Positions 8,899-19,330 of a DNA stretch of 32,000 nucleotides are shown here, piece after piece. The position numbers and the translations under genes were made by a program. The DNA is taken from positions 660,001 to 692,000 of the forward strand of contig NZ_CP015137.1 of assembly GCF_001644705.1 (NCBI RefSeq), read 5' to 3'. Every line of letters starts with the position of its first letter. Position 1 is the stretch's first letter. The notes under the pieces are model-generated. The model searched no databases. It saw only the letters and a list, made by a program, of their open reading frames with translations, and was not told where the DNA came from. The DNA comes from Dickeya solani IPO 2222 (GTDB taxonomy: Bacteria > Pseudomonadota > Gammaproteobacteria > Enterobacterales > Enterobacteriaceae).

Positions 8899-9695
8899 CC
8901 CCGTTTACGTTTATCGAGGGCGACAGCCCGCTGCTGCTCAGCATTCCCCACGCCGGCACCGACCTGACGCCGGAGGTAGCTAGCGGGCTCAGCCCCGCCG
9001 CGCGTCCGCTGTCGGATACCGACTGGCATATCCCGCAGTTGTACGACTTTGCCCGTGGCCTGGGCGCCAGCGTGCTGGCGGCCAACTATTCGCGTTTTGT
9101 TATCGACCTGAACCGCCCGGCCGACGATCAGCCGCTGTACACCACCGCCACCACCGGCCTGTTCCCGGATGTGCTGTTTGACGGCACCCCGGCGTTCATC
9201 CCCGGCAACGCGCCGTCGGAAGCAGTGCGCGCCGGTTATCTGCGCGATATCTGGCAGCCTTATCATCAGACGCTGCAACAGCAGTTGGCGCGTATCAAAC
9301 AGCGTTACGGTTATGCGCTGCTGTTCGACGCCCACTCCATCGCGTCGCGTATTCCACGTTTGTTTGACGGCGCATTGCCGGATTTGAACCTCGGCACCAA
9401 CGGCGGTCTCAGTTGCGCGCCCGCCATCGAATCGGCGTTGCTGGAGGCCTGCCAGTCGCAATACCGCTGGAGCTGGGTACTGAACGGCCGTTTCCGCGGC
9501 GGTTATATCACCCGAGCCTACGGCCAGCCGGAGCAGCATCAGTACGCACTGCAGTTGGAACTGGCGCAGTGCAACTACATGAGCGAACAGGCGCCGTTCG
9601 CCTGGCAACCGGCCAAGGCGCGGGAACTGCAACCGATGCTGGAACGCATCGTGCGCACCTTTATGGACACGGCGGCCAGGCTGTATCACAGCTGA
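8895..9695 (+). CDS. hutG: N-formylglutamate amidohydrolase
   Basis: Start [22 protein letters not shown]; its ATG overlaps the hutI TGA (ATGA). The length of 266 aa is as expected for FGase. The 374-aa track ORF is an out-of-gene extension inside hutI. Confidence 0.9.
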   Translation: MTPFTFIEGDSPLLLSIPHAGTDLTPEVASGLSPAARPLSDTDWHIPQLYDFARGLGASVLAANYSRFVIDLNRPADDQPLYTTATTGLFPDVLFDGTPAFIPGNAPSEAVRAGYLRDIWQPYHQTLQQQLARIKQRYGYALLFDAHSIASRIPRLFDGALPDLNLGTNGGLSCAPAIESALLEACQSQYRWSWVLNGRFRGGYITRAYGQPEQHQYALQLELAQCNYMSEQAPFAWQPAKARELQPMLERIVRTFMDTAARLYHS

Positions 9696-9723
9696 CCGTC
9701 GGTTTATAATAACTGCCGGTTTA

Positions 9724-11667
9724 TCAGAGAGGCGGGCCAACCCGAGCATCGCCGCCATCGGCCACCACAAAGCGATCGACGGTTTCTTTCATGTCGCTGG
9801 CCTGCCTGTCGAGCAATTGGCTGGCGCTGGCCGCCTGTGACACCAGCGCCGCATTCTGCTGTGTCACCTGTTCCAGCTGATTCAGCGCCAGATGCACCTG
9901 ATCTACACCAAGCGACTGCTCCCGCGCTGCGGTAGCGATATCGCTGACAAAATCCCGCACCTGCGACGTACTGGTCATAATCTGCTTCATGGTTTCGCTG
10001 CTGCGCGAAACCAGCGTCACACCGGTATGCACCTGATCAATGCTGGTAGAAATCAGCTCCCTGATGTGTTGCGATTCGTCGGCGCTACGCTGCGCCAGAT
10101 TACGCACCTCGGTCGCCACCACGGCAAACCCGCGTCCTTGCTCACCTGCCCGAGCCGCCTCCACCGACGCATTGAGCGCCAGCAGGTTGGTCTGAAACGC
10201 GATGGCGTCAATCGCCGCGGTGATTTGCGACATCTGCTCGCTGGACTGGCGAATTTGCACCATCGCTTCGCTGGCCTGCAACGTTACCCGATCGGCCACG
10301 CCAATCTGCTGTTCCATGGTTTTCATCAGCTCCGATGCCTGAGCGGCGTAGTCAGCGGTTTGTTTTACCGCCACGGTAATCTGTTCCATGCTGCTGGCGG
10401 TTTCCACCAACGACGCCGCCTGTTCGTCGGTCCGCTGCGCCAGATCCTGATTACCTTGTGCGATGTCATTGCTGGCGCGTTCCACCAACCCGGCGCTTTG
10501 CTTAATGCTACACACGACATGCTCGATATTTTCCAGCGACCGGTTATAAGCCTGATTCAACTGTGAGAGTTCATCCTTGCCTGGAACATCCAGCCGGCAA
10601 GTCAGGTCATTGCCCATTTCATCAATGGTTTTCAGCGTCGAGGTCAATTGCTGATAGACATTACGCGCCACCAGCACCGCCAGCAGCAGCGCCAGCGACA
10701 ACGCCGCCACGGCGCCGCCCAGATAACCGTACCCGCTCAGCCGGGCCTGTTTTTCCAATGCATCCGCCCGGTTCAGTAAATCAGCGGATGCCGCATCCTC
10801 AATGGTTTTAAGCTGGTCGATACGCTGTGTCTGCTGTGTGAACCACTCGTTGGCGTCAACCCCAAATCCCCCGGTCGCCGCTTTGGCAAATGCGGTATCG
10901 CGCATCTTTAGCGCCGGTTGCATTGCCGCGTTGCTCAACGCATCCTGCAGCTGTTTTCTCAGCTCGGGGCGGGCAAACTGGTTGAAGACTGCGGTGTAAG
11001 CCGTCTCCATTCCCGCCAGTTGACTGAAACGTTCATACTGACCCGGGCCAAAGCGATCCACCGCAAACACTTCGGACAACAATGCGCGCATGATGCCGGC
11101 CTGTTCTTTCACATTCAGCAGGTTGTAATACGCCGCCACACGGGTCACCAGTCCGCCGTCTTTCACCAGATGACTCATCTCCCCCACCACGCCGATCAGG
11201 TCGCTAACTGACGAGGTGTACCACCCCACCGCTTGCGCAGCAGGCAGCGAGAAGCCGTCGACCTGAGCGCGCAACGAGGAAAGCGTTTGCAAGCGTTCCT
11301 GCAGGCGGTTCAGGCGCTGTGCAATCGCATCCGCCGCCGCCCCGGACAGGGAAAGCGCCGCCTTACTTTCCCACAGGGCGGATAACGCTTTATCGGTTTC
11401 AACGCGCTGGGTCCGCAACGGGTCGGCGAATTTCTGCCCCTTGCTGCCGATAAAGCCGGAACTCATGCCGCGCTCGCGCTGCAGGGCGTGGGCGGCATTA
11501 CCGGCCCGTTGCGCCAACGCCAGCAACTGGGAAAACTGCGCCATGTCCTGCTCCGCCTGATGGCGTTCCAGTAAACCCTTGCCGGCAAACCACAACAGCG
11601 CAATCAATAACGGCATCAATGCCAGCGCAAACTTATAACGAATGGAAAAAGAGGATAATCGAAGCAT
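9724..11667 (-). CDS. Methyl-accepting chemotaxis protein with periplasmic NIT (nitrate/nitrite-sensing type) domain
   Basis: Start [13 protein letters not shown], preceded by an AAGGGG SD; TM1 follows. The ligand domain shows the NIT signature [20 protein letters not shown] and a later repeat of it. Then come TM2, HAMP, and the conserved MCP signalling domain ([40 protein letters not shown]). Confidence 0.85.
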   Translation of the reverse strand: MLRLSSFSIRYKFALALMPLLIALLWFAGKGLLERHQAEQDMAQFSQLLALAQRAGNAAHALQRERGMSSGFIGSKGQKFADPLRTQRVETDKALSALWESKAALSLSGAAADAIAQRLNRLQERLQTLSSLRAQVDGFSLPAAQAVGWYTSSVSDLIGVVGEMSHLVKDGGLVTRVAAYYNLLNVKEQAGIMRALLSEVFAVDRFGPGQYERFSQLAGMETAYTAVFNQFARPELRKQLQDALSNAAMQPALKMRDTAFAKAATGGFGVDANEWFTQQTQRIDQLKTIEDAASADLLNRADALEKQARLSGYGYLGGAVAALSLALLLAVLVARNVYQQLTSTLKTIDEMGNDLTCRLDVPGKDELSQLNQAYNRSLENIEHVVCSIKQSAGLVERASNDIAQGNQDLAQRTDEQAASLVETASSMEQITVAVKQTADYAAQASELMKTMEQQIGVADRVTLQASEAMVQIRQSSEQMSQITAAIDAIAFQTNLLALNASVEAARAGEQGRGFAVVATEVRNLAQRSADESQHIRELISTSIDQVHTGVTLVSRSSETMKQIMTSTSQVRDFVSDIATAAREQSLGVDQVHLALNQLEQVTQQNAALVSQAASASQLLDRQASDMKETVDRFVVADGGDARVGPPL

Positions 11668-12013
11668 GTACCGCCCCTTGTTTGACCCCAGAGAATGCGT
11701 TGATCTCATAACGCCAGAAATAGTCAACATGACAACTAATGATTCAGTTTTCATCGTCCGTCGGCACGGAAACTTTACTCCTCCTAAAGAAGTACATCGG
11801 CCGGAGAAACACACACCGCAATAATTTGTTCTTATAGATTGATATAGCGCTGCTTTATGCCAGAAAACCGTTAAACCGCGCCCATTCCTGAAACGATAAC
11901 CTCATTAGCAAGCCAGGCATCACAATTAATCACCATACAACGCCTGACAGCCCGCGCCGCTTCTGCCAAAATAGGCGCATACCCCCGCATTGAAAATGAT
12001 GGATTTTCTGTAC

Positions 12014-12883
12014 ATGGTTGCAAAAATTATTGATGGTAAAACGATTGCGCAGCAGGTGAAAGACGAAGTGGCCGTGCGCGTGAAACAACGACTGGCCGAA
12101 GGTAAACGCGCGCCGGGGCTGGCGGTCGTGCTGGTGGGCGACAATCCCGCCTCGCAGATTTATGTCGCCAGCAAACGCAAAGTGTGCGAGGAAGTCGGTT
12201 TCGTTTCCCGCTCCTACGACCTGCCGGCTACCACCACTGAGCCGGAACTGCTGGCGCTGATCGACGAACTGAACGCCGATGCCGCCATCGACGGCATTCT
12301 GGTGCAGCTGCCGTTGCCGGCGGGAATCGACAATACCAAAGTCATCGAGCGCATCGCGCCGGACAAGGACGTGGACGGTTTCCACCCGTATAACGTCGGC
12401 CGGTTATGCCAGCGCGCGCCGCTGCTGCGCCCCTGTACCCCGCGCGGCATCGTCACGCTGCTGGAGCGCTATGACATCAACATGTTCGGCCTGAACGCCG
12501 TGGTGGTTGGCGCATCCAACATTGTTGGCCGTCCGATGAGCATGGAACTGTTGCTGGCGGGCTGCACCACCACCGTTACCCACCGTTTCACCAAGGATCT
12601 GCGTCATCACGTCGAACATGCCGACCTGCTGGTGGTGGCCGTAGGCAAACCGGGGTTTATACCGGGCGAGTGGATCAAACCGGGCGCCATCGTGATTGAC
12701 GTCGGCATCAACCGGCTGGAAAACGGCAAAGTAGTAGGCGATGTGAAATTTGACGAAGCCGCAGAGCGCGCCGCGTATATCACGCCGGTGCCGGGCGGCG
12801 TGGGGCCGATGACGGTCGCGACGCTCATTCAGAACACCTTGCAGGCCTGCGAGGAATTCCACGACACAACGGCACAGGCGTAA
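12014..12883 (+). CDS. folD: Bifunctional methylenetetrahydrofolate dehydrogenase/cyclohydrolase
   Basis: [16 protein letters not shown]... is collinear with E. coli FolD ([15 protein letters not shown]); also [13 protein letters not shown]. The upstream in-frame ATGs (from 11990) are judged non-initiating by comparison with the E. coli N-terminus. Confidence 0.95.
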   Translation: MVAKIIDGKTIAQQVKDEVAVRVKQRLAEGKRAPGLAVVLVGDNPASQIYVASKRKVCEEVGFVSRSYDLPATTTEPELLALIDELNADAAIDGILVQLPLPAGIDNTKVIERIAPDKDVDGFHPYNVGRLCQRAPLLRPCTPRGIVTLLERYDINMFGLNAVVVGASNIVGRPMSMELLLAGCTTTVTHRFTKDLRHHVEHADLLVVAVGKPGFIPGEWIKPGAIVIDVGINRLENGKVVGDVKFDEAAERAAYITPVPGGVGPMTVATLIQNTLQACEEFHDTTAQA

Positions 12884-12889
12884 TCTCCC

Positions 12890-13102
12890 ATGAACGTATT
12901 CCATCTGGATAAACACCCGCACGTGGAACTGTGCGATCTGCTGAAACTGCAAGGCTGGAGCGAAAGCGGCGCCGCCGCCAAACAGGCGATTGCCGACGGT
13001 GAAGTGACCGTCGACGGTCATACCGAAACCCGCAAGCGCTGCAAAATCGTCGCCGGTCAGGTTGTGCACTTTGGCGGCGAGTCCGTTACTGTTCAGGCGT
13101 GA
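12890..13102 (+). CDS. ybcJ: S4-like RNA-binding protein YbcJ
   Basis: 70 aa. KHPHVELCDLLKLQGWSESGAAAK...ETRKRCKIVAGQ is nearly identical in pattern to E. coli YbcJ, and it sits next to folD as in E. coli. Confidence 0.9.
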   Translation: MNVFHLDKHPHVELCDLLKLQGWSESGAAAKQAIADGEVTVDGHTETRKRCKIVAGQVVHFGGESVTVQA

Positions 13103-13132
13103 CATGCAGGCTTCCGTAACGGCATGCCGATG

Positions 13133-13163
13133 AAAAAAGGCCCGGAAAAACCGGGCCTTTTCT
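13133..13163. terminator. Bidirectional rho-independent terminator between ybcJ and cysS
   Basis: AAAAAAGGCCCGG-aaaaa-CCGGGCCTTTTCT: GC stem flanked by an A-run and a T-run, so a U-tract follows the hairpin on both strands. It lies between convergent genes. Confidence 0.8.
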
Positions 13164-13193
13164 ATTGGAAGGATGCTATCTGGCGAGTGGCGA

Positions 13194-14579
13194 TTACTTA
13201 CGACGCCAGATAGTGCCCTGTGGGCCGTCTTCCAGCACGATACCCATTTCCGTCAACCGGTTGCGCGCCACATCGGCCAGCGCCCAATCCTTGGACTGAC
13301 GGGCATCGTTGCGCTGTTTGATCAACGCTTCGATTTCCTGCACTTCGCCGTCATCGGCCTGCGCGCCGCTTTGCAGAAACAGCTCCGGATCCCGCTCCAG
13401 CAGCCCCAGTACGCCAGCCAGTCGACGCAACGCCGCCGCCAGGCCGTTGGCCGCCGCCGCATCTTCCGCTTTCAGGCGGTTAACCTCGCGGGCCATGTCG
13501 AACAGCACCGAATAGGCTTCCGGCGTATTAAAGTCATCGTTCATCGCGTCGCGGAAACGGCTTTCGAAAGCATCGCCCCCCGCCGCCGGCGCTGCGGCAT
13601 CGGTGCCACGCAGCGCGGTATACAGACGCTCCAGCGAGGCGCGCGCCTGCTTGAGGTTTTCTTCCGTGTAGTTCAACTGGCTGCGATAGTGGCCGGAGAT
13701 CAGGAAATAGCGAATGGTCTCGGCATCGTAGTGCATCAGTACATCGCGCATAGTGAAGAAATTGTTCAGCGACTTGGACATCTTCTCCCGATCCACCATC
13801 ACCATGCCGGTATGCATCCAGTAATTCACATACTCGCCGCCGTGCGCGCAGGTAGACTGGGCAATCTCGTTTTCGTGGTGCGGAAACATCAGGTCGGAAC
13901 CGCCGCCGTGAATGTCGAAATGCTCGCCCAATTGCTTGCAGTTCATCGCCGAGCACTCAATGTGCCAGCCCGGACGGCCATTGCCCCACGGCGATGGCCA
14001 GCTCGGCTCGCCCGCTTTGGACATTTTCCACAGCACGAAGTCCATCGGGTTGCGTTTCACCTCGGTGATTTCCACCCGCGCCCCGGCCTTCAGTTGATCC
14101 AGATCCTGGCGGGACAGCGCGCCGTAACCCGACGCGGTATCCACTGAAAACATTACGTCGCCGTTACCCGCCACGTAGGCGTGACGCCGGGCGATCAAGG
14201 TTTCCACCAGTTCAATGATTTCTGCGATGTAGTGCGTCGCGCGGGGCTCTTCATCCGGGCGCTGGATATTCAGCGCATCGAAGTCAGTGTGCATTTCACC
14301 GATCATGCGATCGGTCAGTTGAGTGATGGTTTCGCCGTTTTCCGTCGCGCGTTTGATGATCTTGTCGTCAACATCGGTGATATTGCGCACATATTTTACG
14401 TCATACCCCAGATAGCGCAGGTAGCGCGCCACCACGTCAAATGCCACAAACGTCCGCCCATGACCGATATGACACAGGTCGTAAACGGTTATCCCGCACA
14501 CATACATGCCAATCTTGCCAGCGTGGATGGGTTTGAATTCCTCTTTTTGACGACTCAGGGTATTAAAGATCTTTAGCAT
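13194..14579 (-). CDS. cysS: Cysteine--tRNA ligase
   Basis: 461 aa. [21 protein letters not shown] motif (CHIGHGRTF), KMSKS motif ([10 protein letters not shown]). Confidence 0.97.
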   Translation of the reverse strand: MLKIFNTLSRQKEEFKPIHAGKIGMYVCGITVYDLCHIGHGRTFVAFDVVARYLRYLGYDVKYVRNITDVDDKIIKRATENGETITQLTDRMIGEMHTDFDALNIQRPDEEPRATHYIAEIIELVETLIARRHAYVAGNGDVMFSVDTASGYGALSRQDLDQLKAGARVEITEVKRNPMDFVLWKMSKAGEPSWPSPWGNGRPGWHIECSAMNCKQLGEHFDIHGGGSDLMFPHHENEIAQSTCAHGGEYVNYWMHTGMVMVDREKMSKSLNNFFTMRDVLMHYDAETIRYFLISGHYRSQLNYTEENLKQARASLERLYTALRGTDAAAPAAGGDAFESRFRDAMNDDFNTPEAYSVLFDMAREVNRLKAEDAAAANGLAAALRRLAGVLGLLERDPELFLQSGAQADDGEVQEIEALIKQRNDARQSKDWALADVARNRLTEMGIVLEDGPQGTIWRRK

Positions 14580-14689
14580 CAGGGCATTCCAAGGTGTTCA
14601 CAACACAGAGTGTTCGCAGTAGCAGTAGATGTGCATCGTTGTCTGCGGTACGCGTAATAAAGTCGGTTTTTATCCGGTTTTCGGACTTA

Positions 14690-14898
14690 GAGCCTATCCC
14701 AATAGGCGTAATTGGCGCAGCCAGTTTGGACACGGACAGCGCGCAGACAACATGCAACGCATGTTGAACGGACAAATTATTGTCCGACCCAGCGGGCGAG
14801 CGCAGCGAGTAAACCGGAGCGTACACGTAGTACGTGAGGATTTCGAGCACTGCCCAAGTCCAAAATGGCAAGTAAAATAGCCCAATTGGGATAGGCTC
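14690..14898. mobile_element. ERIC-like miniature inverted-repeat element (about 209 bp), non-coding
   Basis: 14-bp perfect terminal inverted repeats GAGCCTATCCCAAT / ATTGGGATAGGCTC, flanked by a direct TTA...TTA (14687-14689 and 14899-14901). The arms extend as an imperfect palindrome. The core GGAGCGTACACGTAGTACGTGA resembles the ERIC core GGAGCTTACATAAGTAAGTGA as I recall it. Confidence 0.55.
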
Positions 14899-14998
14899 TT
14901 AGCTGCGTATTGAAACCTGAACCCTGACCTATTGCAAGCGGGCGGGCCTAATATTAGGTATCCCCTGCGGTTTCGCGTCCTGCCCCATTTAAAACGCA

Positions 14999-15024
14999 CA
15001 AACCCGGCGATATCGCCGGGTTTG
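14999..15024 (-). terminator. Stem-loop terminator downstream of the DoxX gene
   Basis: Perfect 26-bp palindrome CAAACCCGGCGATATCGCCGGGTTTG, 48 nt after the DoxX stop. T-rich sequence follows on both strands (imperfect on the minus strand). Confidence 0.6.
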
Positions 15025-15071
15025 TATGGCTGCCAGTCGCAGCCGGATAAATCCGTTACCGTCTATCAAGC

Positions 15072-15494
15072 TTAGCGCCAGCGCGGGTCACTCATCACGG
15101 AATATTTGCCGCTGCCCAGCAACGCAATCGCGATACCGGCCAAGAAGTAGACCGCAACGCCTTCCGCGCCCCATGCGCCGGTTTTTTCCAGCATGAACAG
15201 CGCCTGCGGCTCAGCCAGCAGCAGCGCCGCCACCATAGTGCACGAGAAGATCAGCGCGGCCGGGCGGGTCAGGATGCCAAGAATCATCAGCACCGGCATC
15301 AACACTTCCCCCATGAACACGCCATAAGCGATAAACCCAGGCAGGCCGTGAGCCGCCAGCATTCCCTGAATACCGCCGACGCCAGCGATTAACTTATGAA
15401 CCCCGTGGAACAGCATCAAAATACTGAATGACAGTCGCAAAACCAGCTTGCCGCAATCCGGTTTGTCTAACAGCTGATTAATCCGGTCCAACAT
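15072..15494 (-). CDS. DoxX-family inner-membrane protein
   Basis: 140 aa with four predicted TM helices and a DoxX-like pattern (LRLSFSILMLFHGVHKL...LTRPAALIF...). AGGTAGG SD upstream. Confidence 0.8.
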   Translation of the reverse strand: MLDRINQLLDKPDCGKLVLRLSFSILMLFHGVHKLIAGVGGIQGMLAAHGLPGFIAYGVFMGEVLMPVLMILGILTRPAALIFSCTMVAALLLAEPQALFMLEKTGAWGAEGVAVYFLAGIAIALLGSGKYSVMSDPRWR

Positions 15495-15629
15495 AATTTA
15501 CCTACCTGTATGATTATTGAGTGAGCAACGTGTTAACGAGAGTGACTATCAACTACAACAAGGATAAGTTTAGAAAGTAAAAAAACATATCAAAATGAAA
15601 CCAGTTATTGATTTAGCGCAACAAAAATA

Positions 15630-15682
15630 TATTTCAAATAAACTCAATTAAATACAGAGAATCAATGAGTTTATTTGAAATA
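15630..15682. repeat. 17-bp perfect inverted repeat with 19-nt spacer in the doxX/ppiB divergent intergenic region
   Basis: TATTTCAAATAAACTCA (15630-15646) and TGAGTTTATTTGAAATA (15666-15682) are exact reverse complements. Function unknown. Confidence 0.9.
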
Positions 15683-15832
15683 AATTCCGGGTCCGTTTCC
15701 TCATTTATCCGCCGTCTTCGCCCCTGTGCTGACTCAGCCATTCACTTATGTTATAAGAGCGCTCTTGGCGGCTTGGCGCCTCGGTGAATATCTCTCATCA
15801 TTCTGTGTACTATGGCTAAGTAAGGTTCATCT

Positions 15833-16327
15833 ATGATTACGTTTCATACCAACCACGGCGACATCGTCATCAATACTTTCCCGGAAAAAGCACCGGTTAC
15901 CGTGGAAAATTTCCTGAACTACTGCCGCAGCGGTTTTTACGATAACACCATCTTTCACCGTGTGATCAACGGTTTCATGATCCAGGGCGGCGGCTTCGAA
16001 CCCGGCATGAACCAGAAAGACGCCAACGCGCCGATCAAGAACGAAGCCAACAACGGTCTGGGCAACAACCGTGGCACGCTGGCCATGGCACGCACCAACG
16101 ATCCGCATTCAGCGACCGCCCAGTTCTTCATCAACGTGGTGGACAACGACTTCCTGAATTTCAAATCTGAAAGCGTAAACGGCTGGGGTTACTGCGTATT
16201 CGCCGAAGTGGCGGAAGGCATGGACATAGTCGACAAGATCAAAGCCGTGTCCACCGGCCGCAGCGGTATGCATCAGGATGTACCGAAAGAAGACGTGGTC
16301 GTCACCAGCGTGACCGTCAGCGAGTAA
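15833..16327 (+). CDS. ppiB: Peptidyl-prolyl cis-trans isomerase B (cyclophilin)
   Basis: [16 protein letters not shown]...[19 protein letters not shown] is collinear with E. coli PpiB; 164 aa. Confidence 0.95.
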   Translation: MITFHTNHGDIVINTFPEKAPVTVENFLNYCRSGFYDNTIFHRVINGFMIQGGGFEPGMNQKDANAPIKNEANNGLGNNRGTLAMARTNDPHSATAQFFINVVDNDFLNFKSESVNGWGYCVFAEVAEGMDIVDKIKAVSTGRSGMHQDVPKEDVVVTSVTVSE

Positions 16328-16337
16328 CGCCGGCTGC

Positions 16338-17060
16338 ATGACCACGCTGTTTATTAGCGATCTGCATCTGAGCGAACAGGAACCGGCGATCACCGCCGGT
16401 TTTCTGCGTTTTCTGCGTGAAGACGCGCCCGGCGCCGACGCGCTCTATATCCTCGGCGATCTGTTTGACGCCTGGATTGGCGACGACGACCCGGCACCGC
16501 TACACGCCACGGTGGCGCAAGCGCTGAAGGCGCTGGCCGACAGAGGCGTACCTTGCTATTTCGCCCACGGCAACCGTGACTTTCTGCTCGGTGCGCGCTT
16601 CGCCCGCCAGAGCGGCCTGCAACTGCTCGCCACCGAAACGGTGCTTGACCTCTATGGCCGCCGTACGCTGCTGTTGCACGGCGATACCCTGTGTACCGAC
16701 GATCGCGCCTACCAGAATTTCCGCCGCAAGGTGCATAACCCATTTATCCAGCGGCTTTTTCTGTGGCTGCCGTTGTCCTTTCGTCTGCGTATCGCCGCCC
16801 GCATGCGCGCCGCCAGCCAGCAGGCCAATCAGCATAAATCCATGACCATTATGGACGTCAACGCCGATGAAGTGCTTGCCCGTCTGCAACACCATCAAGC
16901 CACATTAATGATCCACGGCCACACCCACCGCCCAGAGATTCATCCGATCGATCTGGCCGGCGTGCGCGCCGAGCGCGCGGTGTTGGGCGCCTGGCATCAG
17001 CAAGGTTCTCTGCTGCGGGTGACCGCGGATGACGTCCGTCTGATTTCATTTTCGTTGTAA
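16338..17060 (+). CDS. lpxH: UDP-2,3-diacylglucosamine diphosphatase
   Basis: [46 protein letters not shown]: calcineurin-like metallophosphoesterase motifs of LpxH. Synteny with ppiB and purE. Confidence 0.95.
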   Translation: MTTLFISDLHLSEQEPAITAGFLRFLREDAPGADALYILGDLFDAWIGDDDPAPLHATVAQALKALADRGVPCYFAHGNRDFLLGARFARQSGLQLLATETVLDLYGRRTLLLHGDTLCTDDRAYQNFRRKVHNPFIQRLFLWLPLSFRLRIAARMRAASQQANQHKSMTIMDVNADEVLARLQHHQATLMIHGHTHRPEIHPIDLAGVRAERAVLGAWHQQGSLLRVTADDVRLISFSL

Positions 17061-17107
17061 CGCGACGTTTACACTGATTTTCCCCATTAATGGCCTATTT
17101 CATCGCC

Positions 17108-17123
17108 ACGCAACCGTTTTCCT
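17108..17123. promoter_or_regulatory. PurR operator (PUR box) upstream of purEK
   Basis: ACGCAACCGTTTTCCT matches the PUR box consensus ACGCAAACGTTTTCNT at 15 of 16 positions. It lies 162 bp upstream of the purE ATG. Confidence 0.6.
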
Positions 17124-17284
17124 CCTTTCTGGCTCATGGTATGCTCTACGCCCTCGCGACCTGTGGCTCTCCGGTTTCAGGTCGCCGTTGTACCGCGCAA
17201 TGACCGCATCATGCACGATTACTGTCATGCACGATTATCGACATGAATCACCATCGTCATGCAAACCACAGGAGCATTACAGGC

Positions 17285-17794
17285 ATGTCATCCAACGCTG
17301 CCCCGGCGAAAATCGCTATTGTTATGGGTTCAAAGAGTGACTGGGCCACCATGCAGTTTGCTGCAGAGATCCTCACCACGCTGAATCTGCCCTATCACGT
17401 TGAAGTCGTCTCCGCGCACCGTACGCCGGACAAACTGTTCAGCTTCGCCGAACAGGCGGACCAGAATGGCTTTGACGTCATTATCGCCGGTGCGGGCGGC
17501 GCCGCTCATCTGCCGGGTATGCTGGCGGCCAAAACCCTGGTGCCGGTGCTGGGCGTTCCGGTACAGAGCGCCGCGTTAAGCGGTGTCGACAGCCTCTATT
17601 CAATTGTGCAGATGCCGCGCGGCATTCCGGTCGGTACGCTGGCCATCGGCAAAGCCGGCGCCGCTAACGCCGCCTTGCTGGCCGCACAGATTCTGGCGCG
17701 TCACGATCCTGAGCTGGCTTCTCGTCTGGCAGCCTGGCGTCAGGCACAGACCGACGAGGTGCTGAACCACCCGGACCCGCGGGAGGATGCATGA
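17285..17794 (+). CDS. purE: N5-carboxyaminoimidazole ribonucleotide mutase
   Basis: Start [20 protein letters not shown], with an AGGAG SD 10 nt upstream. 169 aa, as in E. coli PurE; [19 protein letters not shown]. Confidence 0.95.
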   Translation: MSSNAAPAKIAIVMGSKSDWATMQFAAEILTTLNLPYHVEVVSAHRTPDKLFSFAEQADQNGFDVIIAGAGGAAHLPGMLAAKTLVPVLGVPVQSAALSGVDSLYSIVQMPRGIPVGTLAIGKAGAANAALLAAQILARHDPELASRLAAWRQAQTDEVLNHPDPREDA

Positions 17795-18861
17795 AGCCGG
17801 TTTGCGTACTGGGTAACGGCCAACTGGGCCGTATGTTGCGCCAGGCCGGCGAGCCGTTGGGCATCGCCGTTTATCCGGTCGGGCTGGATGCAGAGCCGGA
17901 ATCGGTGCCGGTGCAACACAGCGTCATCACCGCTGAAATCGAACGCTGGCCGGAAACGGCGCTGACCCGCCAGTTGGCGCAGCACCCCGCGTTCGTCAAC
18001 CGCGATATCTTCCCGCGCCTGGCCGATCGCTACACGCAAAAGCAGCTGCTGGATGAACTGAATCTGGCCACTGCGCCCTGGCAATTGCTGGCTTCGGCGC
18101 AGGAATGGCCCGCGGTATTCGCCTCGCTGGGCGAACTGGCGATCGTTAAACGCCGCGTCGGCGGTTATGACGGCCGCGGTCAGTGGCGCATCCGCCCCGG
18201 CGAAGAGCATAGTCTGCCTGCCGAGTGCTACGGCGAGTGCATCGTCGAACAGGGCATCGCTTTTTCCGGCGAAATGTCGCTGGTCGGCGCGCGCAGCACA
18301 ACAGGCGACTGCGTATTCTACCCGCTGACCCACAACCTGCATGAAGACGGCATCCTGCGCGCCAGCGTGGCATTGCCGCAACCGCAGCCGCACCTGCAAC
18401 AGCAGGCGGAACAGATGCTGTCGGCAATCATGCATCGTCTCGGCTACGTGGGCGTGATGGCGATGGAATGCTTCGTGGTGGGCGATCGCCTGCTGATCAA
18501 CGAGCTGGCGCCGCGCGTACACAACAGCGGCCACTGGACGCAAAACGGCGCCTCCATCAGCCAGTTCGAACTGCACCTGCGCGCGATTCTCGACCTGCCG
18601 TTACCGGCCCCGGTGGTCGCCAGCCCGTCGGTGATGGTCAACCTGATCGGCACCGATGTGAATATCGATTGGCTGACGCTGCCGCTGGTGCATCTGCACT
18701 GGTATGAGAAAGAGGTACGCCCGGGCCGCAAGGTGGGTCACCTGAACCTCAATCACCCGGACACCGCGCCGCTGAGTCAGACGCTACGCGCACTGGCGCC
18801 GCTGCTGCCGGATGCCTATCAGGCTGGGCTGGCATGGGCCCAGCAGCAACTGAGCTGCTGA
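17791..18861 (+). CDS. purK: N5-carboxyaminoimidazole ribonucleotide synthase
   Basis: ATGA overlap with pur[17 protein letters not shown]; ATP-grasp pattern; [14 protein letters not shown]. Confidence 0.95.
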   Translation: MKPVCVLGNGQLGRMLRQAGEPLGIAVYPVGLDAEPESVPVQHSVITAEIERWPETALTRQLAQHPAFVNRDIFPRLADRYTQKQLLDELNLATAPWQLLASAQEWPAVFASLGELAIVKRRVGGYDGRGQWRIRPGEEHSLPAECYGECIVEQGIAFSGEMSLVGARSTTGDCVFYPLTHNLHEDGILRASVALPQPQPHLQQQAEQMLSAIMHRLGYVGVMAMECFVVGDRLLINELAPRVHNSGHWTQNGASISQFELHLRAILDLPLPAPVVASPSVMVNLIGTDVNIDWLTLPLVHLHWYEKEVRPGRKVGHLNLNHPDTAPLSQTLRALAPLLPDAYQAGLAWAQQQLSC

Positions 18862-19330
18862 GTCATTTAATGATACTGGCGGGCCAGCGTCGGCTCGCCG
18901 GTACCTAAAGCAAGATTTTTACGTGACATTATGACGATTGGGTTTATTATTTTCACGGTCTCCAAAATAAATATGTTGCATTGGTTATTTATTTCACCAG
19001 TCGCTATTTCTCATGAAATATATTTCCATTTTATTATCCCCTCAACTAACTGCATTAACGTATCAAAAAAGATACCGCGAAAAATAAATTATTTAACGCA
19101 TCAATCCTGATATTTTATTTTTAATTAATTGCGGTTAAAATAATTGACCTCAATTCATTTATGTGATCGCCTCACTATTATTCCCCAACGGTCAGGATAT
19201 AGAATGCAGCCACAAAAAAGATTACCCCGATTCACATGATGTCTCGTGTGACACCTGCGAATTATCTCTGTATTGGCCTGCAGCCGGTGCGGTATTTTTT
19301 ATACTCTGTGTTCACCAAGGAGAAACACGC

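Noticed and set aside
9696-9723. Direct repeat CGGTTTAT x2 in the 28-bp gap between the convergent hutG and MCP genes.
   Set aside because: It is too short, forms no hairpin, and is probably fortuitous.
14563-14999. Three overlapping ORFs of 83-102 aa (14563-14871 minus strand, 14629-14880 plus strand, 14694-14999 minus strand) between cysS and the DoxX gene.
   Set aside because: They sit on the palindromic ERIC-like element. ORFs on both strands are a by-product of its symmetry, and there are no RBS or domain signals.
18875-18900. Weak hairpin GGCGGGCC-agcgtc-GGCTCGCC after purK as a terminator.
   Set aside because: The stem is imperfect (one G-U pair) and no U-tract follows. Evidence is insufficient.
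19160-19275. CRP-like half-sites upstream of sdaC (TGTGATCGCCTCACTA; TCACATGATGTCTCGTGTGACA).
   Set aside because: The first has the wrong spacing or a poor right half relative to TGTGA-N6-TCACA. The second has the half-sites in the reverse arrangement with a 10-bp spacer. Neither is a convincing CRP site.
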